Source: the human T2T-CHM13v2.0 reference genome, Homo sapiens. Taken from it: a DNA stretch of 64,000 nucleotides. The position numbers were made by a program, and so were the translations under genes. The stretch lies in NCBI RefSeq assembly GCF_009914755.1, contig NC_060931.1; one strand, given 5' to 3'. This document shows, one piece after another, positions 1-17,813 of this stretch. The notes under the pieces are model-generated. The model saw only the letters and a program-made list of their open reading frames with translations. It searched no databases and was not told the DNA's origin. Numbering within the stretch: the first letter of the stretch is position 1; each line of letters begins with the position of its first letter.

Positions 1-116
1 AAAAGATGTTAAAATTAAGATATTCACTGTCAGGAAAGTATGCTCTATGGGAAAACCCAAAGGTGTCTAGACAACCTTTTGGGAATACCTTAGAAAGATT
101 TAAAAAAACAGAAAAG

Positions 117-410
<294 letters not shown>

Positions 411-426
411 TCAGCATCATTAGTCA

Positions 427-1880
<1,454 letters not shown>

Positions 1881-2199
1881 AAGTTTGTGACAACTTGTTA
1901 CATCAAAAATAGGAATCTCACACATGGACCAACAGATATCAATAGATACTTTTCAACCTACAACATCTCATTCCATATGTTGGCTTTCTTGCCCCCATAT
2001 ATTTCTGTTTTCCTTCCTTCTCTTGAGACTTCTCAGTCTTTTTTTTTTTTTAATTAAAATATTTTTAAATAATAGAGATGGGGTCTTACTATTTTGACCA
2101 GGCTGGTCTTGAACTTCTGGCCTCAAGTGATCCTCCCATCCTGGCTTCTCAAAGTGCTGAGATTACAGGTGTGAGCCACCGCGCCTGGCCAGAGAATTC

Positions 2200-3860
2200 T
2201 CAGTCTTTATGCTGACTCCTTCCTCTACCTGTCTCTTAGATGTCAGCACTGTTCAGAATTCTGTCCTAGACCATTCTCTTCTCTGTGAGCACACTCTCTT
2301 TGCATAGTCCAACCCACTCCCCAGAATTCCACCTCTACCTATATCCAAATCTGTATCTCCAGTCCAGCCCTCTTTTCTGAGCCCTGGACACAGGTAATCA
2401 TCTGCTTCCAGCATGTCTCCGTGTGGCCGTTCTAGCAGACATTGCAAACTCATCCTTTCACTGTTCACCTTGCATGCTTCACATGCACCAGCCATTCTCA
2501 GTTCTTTGCTGAGCAAAGCACACATTCTCTTGCAGCTGTAACTCTGTTTGGCTGGAATGCTCTTCTCTCCATTTTTCCTCCTGGCTAAAAAATGTCTTTC
2601 AAGACTCATTTCAAGAAATGGGACCAGGTGCAGTGGCTCACGTCTGTAATCACAGCACTTTGGGAGGCTGAGGCAGGTGGATCACCTGAAGTCAGGAATT
2701 CGAGACCAGCCTGGCCAACATGGCAAAACCCCGTTTCTACTAAAATGCAAAATTTAGTTGGGTGTGGTGGTGTGTGCCTGTAATCCCAGCTACTCGGGAG
2801 GCTGCCTATCGCTTGAACCTGGGAGGCAGAGGTTGCAGTGAGCCAAGATTGCGCCACTGTACTCCAGCCTGGGAGACAGAGCAAGACTCCATCTTAAAAA
2901 ACAAACAAACAAAAAACAAAAGGAAATGACTACTTAACACAGGAACAGAAATCCAAATAAAGAAAGAAAAAAAAAATAAACACAAAATAAAGAAATGACT
3001 AGTTTGGGAAACTTCTCTCTTCCTTGGATTTCAACGTGCATCCCTCTTCTGTTTGCCTTTAACAGCCCCGCAGCATCACTGCATTCACCCATTAATGTGT
3101 TCATCCAGCAAGTATTGACTGAGCACCTCAGGTCCTCCAGCCACTGCCCGAGGCTCTGGTGTACAAAGATGAACAGGACTTGGTCTCCACCATCACACTG
3201 GAGTTTAGAGAAGGAAATAACTAATTTGTCAATTCCAATATGCTGCATTACAAGTCAAGGAAGACTGGGGATAGAAAGAAGTATAGGCAATGGCATTTCA
3301 GGCAGCAATCTATGCACACCTGGAGACTGGAGAAAGAAGGATGTTTTCAAGGACCTCAAGATTTCTCTGGGCCAGGTACAATAGCCTATGCCTGTAATCC
3401 CAGCTACTCAGGAAGCTGAGGCGGAAGGATCGCCTGAGCCTAGGAGTAGTGTAGCCGCGATTGCGCTACTGCACTCCAGCCTGGTTGACAGAGTGAGACC
3501 TTGTCTCAATAAATAAATAAATAAATAAATAAATAAATTAATTAATTAATTAATTCCTGTGGAATTTAGAAGGGGGTGGTGGTGGGCTGTGAGATACAAA
3601 ACCAGAGAGGTTGACAGGAGCCCTGATCAAGTCCCAACTCCTTTGATCTTGCAGAGCAAAGGCAGCCTTTGGAGGCATTAAAAGGGGACTACTGTGGCAA
3701 TAGTCTGGAAAATGGATTGGAAGGGAAATAGATAGAAGAGGTTACAGTTACCCAAGTAAGAGATAATGGTGACTAGTGGGGATGGAGAGATGTTGGAGAA
3801 GATATAGTTGTTGGATATTAGAAGAGAGGCAGAGTTTGAGGCTGATACTTAAGGGCCTCT
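2200..3860. mobile_element. Old L2 fragments interspersed with Alus (2621-2920 +, 3369-3535 +)
   Basis: L2-like motifs (CCAAATCTGTATCTCCAGTCCAG; CAGCAAGTATTGACTGAGCACC; GTAAGAGATAATGGTGACT). Confidence 0.55.
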
Positions 3861-4742
3861 CATTTTTGTCTCCCCCACAAGTCGGTCTTATTCACCTTAG
3901 CAGCCACAGCAATTAGAAAAATTCCTGGTACCTACAGAGTGCTTGACAAATATTTCCTAAATTCCATTTCTTCAGAATGACTGCATTTTAAAAATTAAAA
4001 TGCAAGATAATGTAACTAGACACAATTTGAAAATGAGATTGTCCTGGGAAAACCTGGGTGGCTGTGGTAGCTGTACTTAGGGAGAAATTTCCAGGAGAGA
4101 TGCAGGTCTGCTATTCTCCTGGCCCTCTTGCTTGGTACTGCAGTGGAAATTGCATTTAATCATCCTCCATTTTTCTCAGAGAGTAAGAAAATCCACTTGA
4201 TTGGTGCGAATAGCTGTAAATTAGCATAAAAAATCTTCTAAAGTAATTCTAAGGAATCTTATCTTTTGCCTGAGATTCTGCCAGCAGAGACCTAGGTGGG
4301 TTTCATGGGTCCTTGTCATTATTGTGAGTGAAGCTTTTACAGTGGATTAAGACATGGATTAGAGGGGGTCAGTGCAGTCTAGTGGAATGAATGTCAGCCA
4401 GGGATAACTGGTTTCAGAACCCAGATCAACCACTTACTCTGAAATTGAATAGGTTATTTAGGCTTTTTCAGTCTAATCTATTCTGCAGAGACAATGATCC
4501 CTACCTTGTACCCGGGTAAGACTTCCTACGCTTATTATGGACCTCAGGCACGCATAGGGTCCTTTCTCCAGCAGTAGACATTTGCAAGGTCAGCTGTACA
4601 TTTATCTTCAGTGTAGCTGGAGAAGATTTAGTGCCCTCCTTGTGGAGCCATTAATTCTTCAAGTAGGGTTCAGCCAGAAGGACCCACTCCTGAACACAGA
4701 GCACTTAAAAGGCCAGAGCTGAGGGTGAGAGCCAGTTCCTCC

Positions 4743-5010
4743 TTTTTTTTTTGAGATGGAGTCTCACTTTGTTGCGCAGGCTGGAGTGCAGTGGCACGAT
4801 CTCAGCTCACTGCAAACTCTGCCTCACTGCAAACTCTGCCTCCCAAGTTCAAACAATTCTCCTGCCTCAGCCTCCCAAGTAGCTGGGACTACAGGCACGC
4901 ACCACCAAGCCCGCCTAATTTTTGTGTTTCTAGTAGAGATGGGGTTTCACCATGTTGGCCAAGCTGGTCTCAAACTCCTGACCTCAAGTGATCTGCCTTC
5001 CTCGGCCTCG
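4743..5010 (-). mobile_element. 5'-truncated AluS with internal 17-bp tandem duplication
   Basis: CTCACTGCAAACTCTGC x2 at 4806-4839; flanking GAGAGCCAGTT TSD-like repeat. Confidence 0.9.
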
Positions 5011-5977
5011 CCAGAGAGCCAGTTTCTGATCTAGAAAATGTTTCACTGTGGCTGGGTCCATGGGGAAGTTGCTATTGTTTCCCGATAATAACACAGGCAA
5101 CTAGCCAGGTGTGGTGGCTCATGTCTGTAATCCCAGCATTCTGGGAGGCTGAGGTGGGTGGATCACCTGAGGCTGGGAGTTCGAGACTAGCCTGACCAAC
5201 ATGGAGAAACTCCGTCTCTACTAAAAATACAAAATTAGCTGGGCAAGGTGGTGCATGCCTGTAATCCCAGCTACTCAGGAGGCCGAGGCAGGAGAATTGC
5301 TTGAACCTGGGAGGCGGAGTTTGTAGTGAGCCAAGATTGTGCCATTGCACTCCAGCCTGGGCATGAGACTTCGTCTCAAAATAATAATTAATAATAATAA
5401 TAATAATAACACGGGTAACCATGAATATAGCACTTCTTATGTGCCAGGTGTTGTTCTAAGCACCTCGTGTATATTTTATTCTAGAGAAGTGGACTTCTGG
5501 TAGGCTGCCCTAACTCCCACCCTGGCAGGGAGTGGTGAGTCCCTAGAGAGGGCCAATCCACCTTGAGCTTACTGCATTTTCTCATATCCATTCTTGTTCA
5601 TGGTCTCCAACACAGTGATCCTTGGGGAAACTGAGGAAGCTCAACAACAATTTGCAAAATGGAGGCAAGAATAATGGCTGTTTCCTCTGCATAGAAGCAG
5701 AGCAGCATGGCTTGGAATTAAGCACATCTGGTTGGAACTCGGAGAGTCACATCCTGAATGGGAAAGTTACTGGCTTCTCTCCACACCCAAGACTTCCTGG
5801 TAAAGTGAGATCATCGTATTTGACTTCCAAGGTCTAAGTCAGAAGACAGCTGCTAGCCCCACAGAGGACAGCTGCTGGCACAGCGTTTGGTGTATAATAG
5901 GCACCTCAACAGACATTGTTCCCCTCCCCAGTGAATTGCCCTGCTTTCTGTCCTCTCTCCTTGCATCTGCCTCCTTA

Positions 5978-6093
5978 ATGTTTTCACCCTTTAAGACCTA
6001 GCTGAAGTTTAAGAACTTTCCAGGTCCCCTCCACCATGTTTTCACTCTTCAAGACCTAGCTGAAGTTTAAGAACTTTCCAGGCCCCCTCCACC
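5978..6093. repeat. 58-bp tandem duplication (2 copies)
   Basis: ATGTTTTCAC...AAGACCTAGCTGAAGTTTAAGAACTTTCCAGG..CCCCTCCACC at 5978-6035 and 6036-6093, 3 mismatches. Confidence 0.95.
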
Positions 6094-6638
6094 ACTTCCC
6101 ACTGGAACATCATCCCCTGCCCTGGCATGGATGTGGATGGCACTCAATACTTCTTGTGTTCTTTGCTAAACCGTCAAGGCCTTGAAGGCTGGGACACCAT
6201 CTTTTAATGGCTCAACAAATATCTGGAACATCAAAGGTGAGCACAGATGTGAAAATTACCTGCTTTGTAATTTGGAATATTATGTTTAAAAAAAAAGGTT
6301 TAAAAAAAATCTTTTGTTTTTAATTCTTGGGGAGTAGTACTGTTTCTAAAAGAGAAATTTTGTTGTTTTTGTAATTTTTAAATTTTGATGTAACTTCAAA
6401 CACAGAAAAGTTACTGTAGTACAAGCAGTTCCTATAAGCCTTTTACCAAGATTCACCAGTTGTCTACATTTTACCCCATTCATTTTGTCATCCTCTCTCT
6501 GAACATGTTTATACAGATGCATCTTTTTCTGAACTGTTTGTAACTGGGAGAAATGGTGCTCCTTTACCCCTAAACGTTCAGTGTGTATTTCCTGATAAAG
6601 GTGCTCTCTTACTATTTTTATTTTTTTTTTTTTTTTGA

Positions 6639-6755
<117 letters not shown>

Positions 6756-7489
6756 TAGCTGAGATTACAGGTACCCTCCATCACGCCCAGCTAAATTTTG
6801 TATTTTTAGTAGAGACAGGGTTTCACCATGTTGGCCAGGCTGGTCTCCAACTCCTGACTTCAGATGATCCATCTGCCTCAGCCTCCCAAAGTGCTGAGAT
6901 TACAGGCATGAGCCACCGCACCTGGCCGTTTGTTTTTTTTAAGAAGGTAGAAGAATCGAGGCTGAGGTTCCCAGATTTCCCTGTGAAAGCTTCAGCAAAG
7001 GCCCCAGGTGCATGGGTGACGCAATATCTGAAAAGATGGAGCCGAGGGTGGGTACAGAGAAGGTTGTGCCTCAGGAGCCCAAAAAGAAGGGCAGGGTGAA
7101 AAAAGGCAGCACACCTGAAGCTCCTTGTGGGGAATGTGAAAAAACACCGTCCCGAGCACCTTGGCAGGAGCTGCCCAGCAAGATGTCTGCAGGCTCCTGA
7201 TCCCCATGGACCAGTCCAGCTCCAGAAGGATGTTTCCAGCTAACAGGGCTGAGATCCCAAAGGGCTTGGAAAGAAAGTGTTTCTTTCCAGAAACCAAGTC
7301 AACCAAAGACATGGCCTCTGGCCTCCGGAGGTGTCAGAGGTCAGCTTGTGGTCCCTGAGAAAAGATAATCACACCAATTGGTCCTTCTGCCCAATAAATA
7401 AGAAACATATAAGGCCTTTGGCCTCCTAGGAAAGTACTTGACAGTGCACATTATGAAGGAGTGAAATAGGATCTGCAAGAACTCTCAAA

Positions 7490-7897
7490 ACACTGAATGG
7501 ATAAACAAATGTGGTATATACACACAATTGAATAGTATTCACTAAAAGGAAGGAAAATTTAAAAGAAAGGAAATTCTGATGCATGCTACAACATGGATGA
7601 AACTTGATGACATGATGCTAAGTGAAATAAGCCCAATGCAAAAGGAGAAATACAGTATGATACCGCTTATATGGGGTACCTAGAGCAGTCAAATTCATGG
7701 AAACAGCAAGTAGAATGGTGACTGCCAGGGGCTTGAGGAAGGAGAGAATGCAGAGTTAGTGTTTAATGGGTACAGAGTTTCCGTTTTGCAAGACAAAAAG
7801 AGTTCTGGTGAGGGATGATGGTGATGGTTGCACAACAGTGTGAATGTACTTGCTGCCACTGAATTGTACACTTCAAAATGGTTAAGATGGTAAATTT
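7490..7897 (+). mobile_element. L1MB-type 3' end
   Basis: TGAATGGATAAACAAATGTGG...GATGGTTGCACAACAGTGTGAATGTACTT...AAAATGGTTAAGATGGTAAATTTT. Confidence 0.85.
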
Positions 7898-7979
7898 TGG
7901 CTTGTGCCTGTAATCCCAGCACTTTGAGAGGCTGAGGCAGGCAGATCATGAGGTCAGGAGATCGAGACCATCCTGGCTA

Positions 7980-8238
<259 letters not shown>

Positions 8239-8241
8239 CTA

Positions 8242-8850
<609 letters not shown>

Positions 8851-9298
8851 CTTATAATTCTATTTTTAAAAAGCAGAAGATATCAGAAATGGGGATCCCC
8901 CAGTCCTGACTCAACCCCTTCAACTCTCAAGTAAGGAAACTGAAGCTGGGATTCTTCTGTGGCTTGCAGCTGAATCCTGACTGGAATTGGACCTAGAACC
9001 CTGGGAGAATGCTGGGAGAACAGAGGACATGGTGTTTGCCAGGGCCTCCAAGGACACAGTCATAGAGAGGGGGCTGTGAATATGGCAACACAGCAGCAGT
9101 AAAAGTTAGCTTCCAAAGAAGACAGGAAAATCTTTTTACTGCAGAGGTGACATTTGAGCTGGTAACAAAACAACCATAGGTGTTTGCCAGGAGGAGAAAA
9201 TGTAAGCTAAAAAGGTAAAAATCTAGGGATCAGTACATATGACCACAGATCAGTACATGTAACACAGAGGGGTGTTTCTCAACCACAAAAGATTATAT

Positions 9299-10021
<723 letters not shown>

Positions 10022-10026
10022 TTTCT

Positions 10027-10044
10027 TGGTTCCCTGACAGGGAA
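10027..10044 (+). promoter_or_regulatory. Primer binding site complementary to tRNA-Glu
   Basis: TGGTTCCCTGACAGGGAA versus expected TGGTTCCCTGACCGGGAA (17/18), 5 nt after the LTR end; defines the HERV-E class. Confidence 0.9.
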
Positions 10045-10541
10045 GCGAGGTGGTTGAAGGTTGGCCGAGGCAGCCCCTAGGCGGCTTAGGCCTGCCCTGT
10101 TGGAGCATCCCTGTTGGGGGAATCCAGCCAGCTTGAGCGAAGCAGATCCTGAGAGCGCTCCTGGGTAGACACTTGCCCCAGTGGAACGCCTAGTCAGAGC
10201 GGTGCCTGGCAGGCCCCCGTGGAGGATCAATGCAGTGGCTGAACACCAGGAAGGAATTGGCACTTGGAGTCTGGACATCTGGAATACGGTAGGACCGGTC
10301 TTGGGAACTTGCCCACTGCATTTCAGTGGAAGTGTGGCCTGCCTTTATTGGCACTTTGGTTTTGCTTTTGATTTTGACTTGGTTTGATTGCTTGATGAAT
10401 GAGCACGCCTTTATCGGCACTTTGGTTTTGGTATTGATTCTGATTTGGTGTGAATTGCTTGACGAGTGAGTTACCTTTTACTCTTTGCCCTTTTTTTTTC
10501 CCTTCTTGTGGCAAGAGTGTTGTTTTGTCTCGGAGAGGAAA

Positions 10542-10913
10542 ATGGGTAAAACACAGAGTAAGCCCACCCCGTTAGGGACTATGTTAAAAAAAATTTTCCA
10601 AAAAGGTTTTAATGGAGATGATGGGGTTACTGTGACCCCAGGAAAACTTAGGACCTTGTGTGAGATAGATTGGCCAGCATTAGAAGTGGGTTGGCCATCA
10701 GAAGGAAGCCTAGATAGGTCCCTTGTTTCAAAGGTATGGCACAAGGTAGCTGGTAAGCCAGGATACCCAGACCAGTTTCCGTACATAGACCTTTGGTTAC
10801 AGCTGGTTTTAAACCCCCCACAGTGGTTAAGAGGACAGGCGGCAGTTGTACTAGTGGCAAAGAGAGGGAGAATTTATGTAAAAAGAATGTTATATGGTAA
10901 ATTCTTGTCCTGA
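10542..10913 (+). pseudogene. gag: Truncated HERV-E-type gag (matrix region), open 123-codon frame
   Basis: MGKTQSKPTPLGTML...LRTLCEIDWPALEVGWPSEGSLDRSL...PDQFPYIDLW; myristoylation-type start MGxxxS; gag homology ends ~10860. Confidence 0.85.
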
Positions 10914-11750
10914 AATAAATTAACTTGTTGTTTAAAGAAAGGGATGTTTGCAATAAGTCAGAAAGTTGAGGCATGTCGAACAATTGTCTGTGAAAGTCGT
11001 GAAAGAAAAAAAATGTGCTATAAAAAGCAACTTATGCAAGAAATGCTGTATAATTTCAAAGTAATTAGGCCTCCTGAATGTAAAACTATTGAAGAAACAG
11101 TTTATATGCAAGGTGTATAAGGAAAGTAAAATATACTTTTAATAAAAGGATTATAAGGAGGCATAAGAATGTGGATTTTTACCTACATTAAAAGGTTAAA
11201 AAAATTTTGTTTTGAAGGTTTAAGCAAGTTTTGAAACGTTAATTGTAAAGGAAATTCTGTGTGTAAACATATTGGCTGAAGTTAAAGGGGTATCATCCAG
11301 TTTTTCTGTGACTGGACATTAAAATAAAAACACAATGGGTTTTTCTTGAAGCATTAACCTGCTCTTTAACAAAAATTATAAAAGGTTAAAAAGAGTCTAT
11401 AAAAATCTTACCTTATGGTCAGACATTAAAAATTGAATAAATATATCTACAAAGTTTTATTGAAACTAAGTTTAACATTAATAACACACTAATATAAAGG
11501 TGAAATTTAGCTTATCTGGTATAAAAATCATACAGGAAGCATTGTCAAATAAAAAATGGTGTTTGTCTTTCTTTGGTCTAAAAACTAATAAAAATAGGTG
11601 TTAAAGGAAATTTCTCAGTAAGAAGGCACCAAGGACTATAAAGTCCACTGCTGATGTCCCCACATTTACAACAAAAGGTCAATTTCTTCGAAATTATATA
11701 CTTGGTTTATCTTCCACTTTACTTTCCTTCAAAACTAAAAGTCTTTCAGC
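10862..11750 (+). mobile_element. AT-rich non-coding ERV1 internal block (MER57/MER4-group-like) replacing the rest of gag-pro-RT
   Basis: Abrupt shift to AT-rich, stop-rich sequence; assignment inferred from the published Harlequin structure. Confidence 0.55.
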
Positions 11751-11760
11751 ACACGTACCA

Positions 11761-12009
11761 CCCCTAGAATTTCCAGTAAACCAGCACCAGCCTGAAGATC
11801 ACGTTCTCATCAAAGGGTGGAAAGAAGGAAAACTCGAGCCAGCCTGGGAAGGACCCTACCTTGTGCTGCTAACCACTGAGATTGCTGTTCGTACAGCCAA
11901 AAATGGATAGACTCATCACAACCAAGTCAAGAAAGTACCACCCCCTCCAGAGTTGTGGGCCATAGTCCCAAGGGAAAATCCTACCAAACTGAAGCTAAGA
12001 GAAATTTAA
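11761..12009 (+). pseudogene. pol: Integrase C-terminus relic (HERV-I-like)
   Basis: Reads PLEFPVNQHQPEDHVLIKGWKEGKLEPAWEGPYLVLLTTE, containing the GPY motif. Confidence 0.8.
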
Positions 12010-13189
12010 CTCTTTCATCTATTCTATTACTTCTGTCCTTGCTCTGTTGCTGACCATCTAGTTATTAACAAAACTAAATCAATTTCACCTCAAACTATTA
12101 CATTTAATGCTTGCCTTGTTATACCCTGTGGGGACTTGCCAAATCAAAGACAGCTCTCTACTTCAGAAAAGTAACTCTGCCCCTCCTGACTCTCCTCAGA
12201 CTGGGCATTAGTAAATTGGGACCATTTAATCTGGGGAGATTTTGATAAAGACCCCAGAGTCAACCAGGAGTCTTGTCCCCTGATGTAGAGTTTTTATGCC
12301 ATAGTTGGTCCAACATTCTGTGGGCCACTAAAGAGCAAGGATGGACTGCCCCAACCGGTTTTTGTAATTTCCTAAAACCATACATTCATTTTACTAGAGG
12401 ATCATAGAAGTTAAAGACAAAACAAACTTTAGCAATTAAGACAGGATAACAAGATGCAAATGCTTGGTTGGAATAGATCAAATATTCCATCTGCATGTTA
12501 AACAAAAGCAATTGTTATGCTTGTGCACATGGCAGACCAGAGACCCAGATTGTCCCCTTTCCACTAAAGTGGTCCTCCAGTCGACCAGGCGTGGACTGCA
12601 TGGTATCTCTTTTCCAGGATTCTACAGCCTGGAGTAATAAGTCGTGCCAAGCTCTCTCTCTGCTATGTCCTGAAGTTCAGCACCCTGTGGGTCAGCCCCT
12701 GAGGGCCACCCAGCTTCTGTCTCCCAACACTAAGTTCACTTCATGTCTCTCATGACAGGGAGGAAACTTAGCATTCCTTGGAGACCTGAAGGGATGCAGT
12801 GAGCTTAAGAATTTTCAAAAGCTTATCAGTCAGTCAGCCCTTGTTCGTCCCCAAGCGGATATGCGGTGGTATCGTAGTGGACCTTTATTGGACACTCTGC
12901 CGAGTAACTGGAGTGGCACTTGTGCTTTAGTCCAATTGGCTATCCCTTTCACCCTGGCATTTCATCAAACAGAGGGAGGAAAAATAAGACATCGTAGAGC
13001 GAGAGAAGCCCCTTATAGGTCTTTTGACTCTCACATCTATTTAGATGCAATTGGAGTCCCATGGGGAATATCAGATCAGTTTAAAGCCTGAAATCAAATA
13101 GTTGCAGGATTTGAGTCAATATTTTGGTGGGTGACAGTTAATAAAAATGTAGATTGGATAAACTACATCTATTACAACCAACAGCAACG

Positions 13190-13190
<1 letters not shown>
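12010..13190 (+). pseudogene. env: First env relic (HERV-I-like SU and start of TM), deleted and frameshifted
   Basis: NKSNCYACAHGRPE, WSGTCALVQLAIPF, RHRRAR furin-like site, [27 protein letters not shown]. Confidence 0.78.
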
Positions 13191-15327
<2,137 letters not shown>

Positions 15328-15331
<4 letters not shown>

Positions 15332-17386
15332 GGAAACTCACTGCAGGACTCATTTTCCTTAAATTTTGGACTTGTACAGTAAGGACTTCAACTGACCTTC
15401 CTCAGACTGAGGACTGTTCCCAGTGTATACATTAAGTCACTTAGGTAGGACAAAAGGTTGCTGCAGTCCTATTATTTTATAGTTATTATGAGTGTACTGG
15501 GACTCTAAAAGGAACTTGTTTGTATAATGCTACTCTATACAAGGTATGTAGCCCAGTAAGTGACCAGCCTGATGTGTCCTATAACCCATCTGAGCCCCCT
15601 ATGACTACCGTTTTTGAAATAAGATTGAGGACTGGCAGCCGGGAAAAAGCTGATATGAGCAAAATAATAACTAGAACAGAAGAGAAAGGAGTCCCCAAAC
15701 AAATTATCTTAAAATTTGACCCTGTGTGGCAATCAACAGTGACTTGTGTGGAAATAGAATAAGATGTGGCTCTCTAGATTGGGAAAGGGGCTATATAGCA
15801 GAAAATAAGTATGTTTGTCATGAATTGGGACTGAATGTAGTGATGAATGTAGTTACTGATCCTGTGTCATTTAGGCCACCTGGAAAAAAAGATGAGAAGG
15901 GAAGGACCCTGTCTGCCTTCAAAAAGGAAGGAGTAACTCTTCCTGCACTAGTGGTCACTGTAACCCATTAGAATTGCTAATTACCAATCCCCTTGATCCC
16001 TGTTGGAAAACAGGAGAGTATGTAACTCTAGGAATTGATGGAAGTGGACTGGATTCCCGAGTAAATATTTCAGTCCAAGGGGAGGTCCACAGGCGCTCTC
16101 CCAAACCAGTGTTTCAGACCTTTTATGATGAGCTGAATCTGCCAGCACCCGAGCTTCCAAAAAAGATGAAGAACTTGTTTCTCCTGTTGGCAGAAAATAT
16201 AGCTCATTCCCTCAATGTTACTTCCTGTTATGTATGTGGGGGGACCACTATAGGATACGGATGGCCTTGGGAAGCCTGAGAGTTGGTGCCTCCTGATCCA
16301 GTTCCTGACACAATTCCAGTCCAGAAGGCCCAAACTAGCAACTTCTGGGTCTTAAAAACTTCCATTATTGGACAATATTGCATAGCTAGAGGAGGAAAAA
16401 CTTCACTGTCCCTGTAGGAAAGCTCAGTTGCCTAGGACAAAAGCTGTATAACAGCACAGCAAAGACAATCATCTGGTGGGGCTTAAACCCATACTGAAAA
16501 GAACCCATTCAGTAAGTTTCCTAAGTTGCAAACTTTTTAGGCCCATTCAGAATTTCATCGGGAGTGGATGGCTCCCACTGGACTGTATTGGATATGTGGG
16601 CACAGAGCCTACCCTGTCCATTGGTCAGGTAGTTGTGTCATTGGTACCATTAAGCCATCCTTTTTCCTGTTACCTGGAAAGACAGGTGAGCTTCTAGGTT
16701 TCCCTTCCTATACCTCCCGAGAAAAAAGAAGCATAGCCATAGGTAATTGGAAAGATGATGAGTGTCCCCCTGAAAGAATCATACAGTACTATGGGCCTGC
16801 CACATGGGCACAAGACAGCTCGTGGGGATACCGAACCCCCAACTACATGCTTAACTGGATCATATGGTTACAGGCTATTTTAGAAATAATCACTAACGAA
16901 ACTGGCAGAGCTTTGACTATTTTAGCCCGGGAGGAAACCCAAACGAGAAATGCGATCTATCAGAATAGATTAGCCTTAGACTATTTGCTGGCAGCTGAGG
17001 GAGAAGTCTGTGGAAAATTCAACTTGACCAATTGCTGTCTGCAAATAGACGATTAAGGACAAGTAGTCGAAAATATAGTTAGAGACATAGCAAAGTGGGC
17101 ACATGTGCCCATGCAGGTTTGGCATGGGTTTGATCCTGGATCCCTATTTGGAAAGTGGTTTCCAGCTCTAGGAGGATTTAAAACTCTTACAATAGGTATA
17201 GTAGTAGTGTTAGGAACCTGCCTAGTGCTCCCTTGTTTGCCACCCATAGTTCCCCAACTACTAAGAAGTTTTGTTGCCACCTTGGTTCATCAGAAAACTT
17301 CAGCACAAATGTATTACATGAATCACTATTGATCTGTCTCGCAGGAAGACCTGGATAGTGAGGATGAGAGTGAGAACTCCCACTAG
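15328..17386 (+). pseudogene. env: Second env relic, near full-length HERV-E-type env with stops and frameshifts
   Basis: MRKLTAGLIFLKFWTCTVR start, SLNVTSCYVCGG, REKR furin site, [12 protein letters not shown] immunosuppressive domain, [12 protein letters not shown] helix. Confidence 0.92.
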
Positions 17387-17400
17387 TGAGTGAGGTTCTC

Positions 17401-17411
17401 AAAGGGGGGAA
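17401..17411 (+). promoter_or_regulatory. Polypurine tract
   Basis: AAAGGGGGGAA immediately before the TG of the 3' LTR. Confidence 0.9.
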
Positions 17412-17813
17412 TGAGGAGAGAGGCCATTTCTCTTACTGCCTCCTGTCTCCAAAGAAAAGGAGGAAGTAAAAACTGAAAAATAACAGACTGATCGGTGCCA
17501 CTAGGCAGGCCTGTAGGTTAAAGATTAACCCCCATCCTAATCGCTTGTGCTATCTATAGATCACAGACAATGGAATAGAGAAATACTTGCCTTGCTTACC
17601 CCAACTTAGTCACATACCCCATGCTTGCTCAGTCTATCACGACACTGTCACGTGGACCCCTTAGAATTATGAGCCCTTAAAAGGGCCAGGAACTCTTTCT
17701 TCAGGGAGCTCAGTTCTTAAGACACAAGTCTGCCAACACTCCCGGCCAAATAAAGCCACTTCCTTCTTTAACCGCATGTATGAGGGGTTTTGTCCACGGC
17801 TCTTACTGCTCCC
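17412..17813 (+). mobile_element. 3' LTR (LTR2 family)
   Basis: Homologous to the 5' LTR; AATAAA present; terminal ACA degraded to CCC, so the end is uncertain by about 1 nt. Confidence 0.92.
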
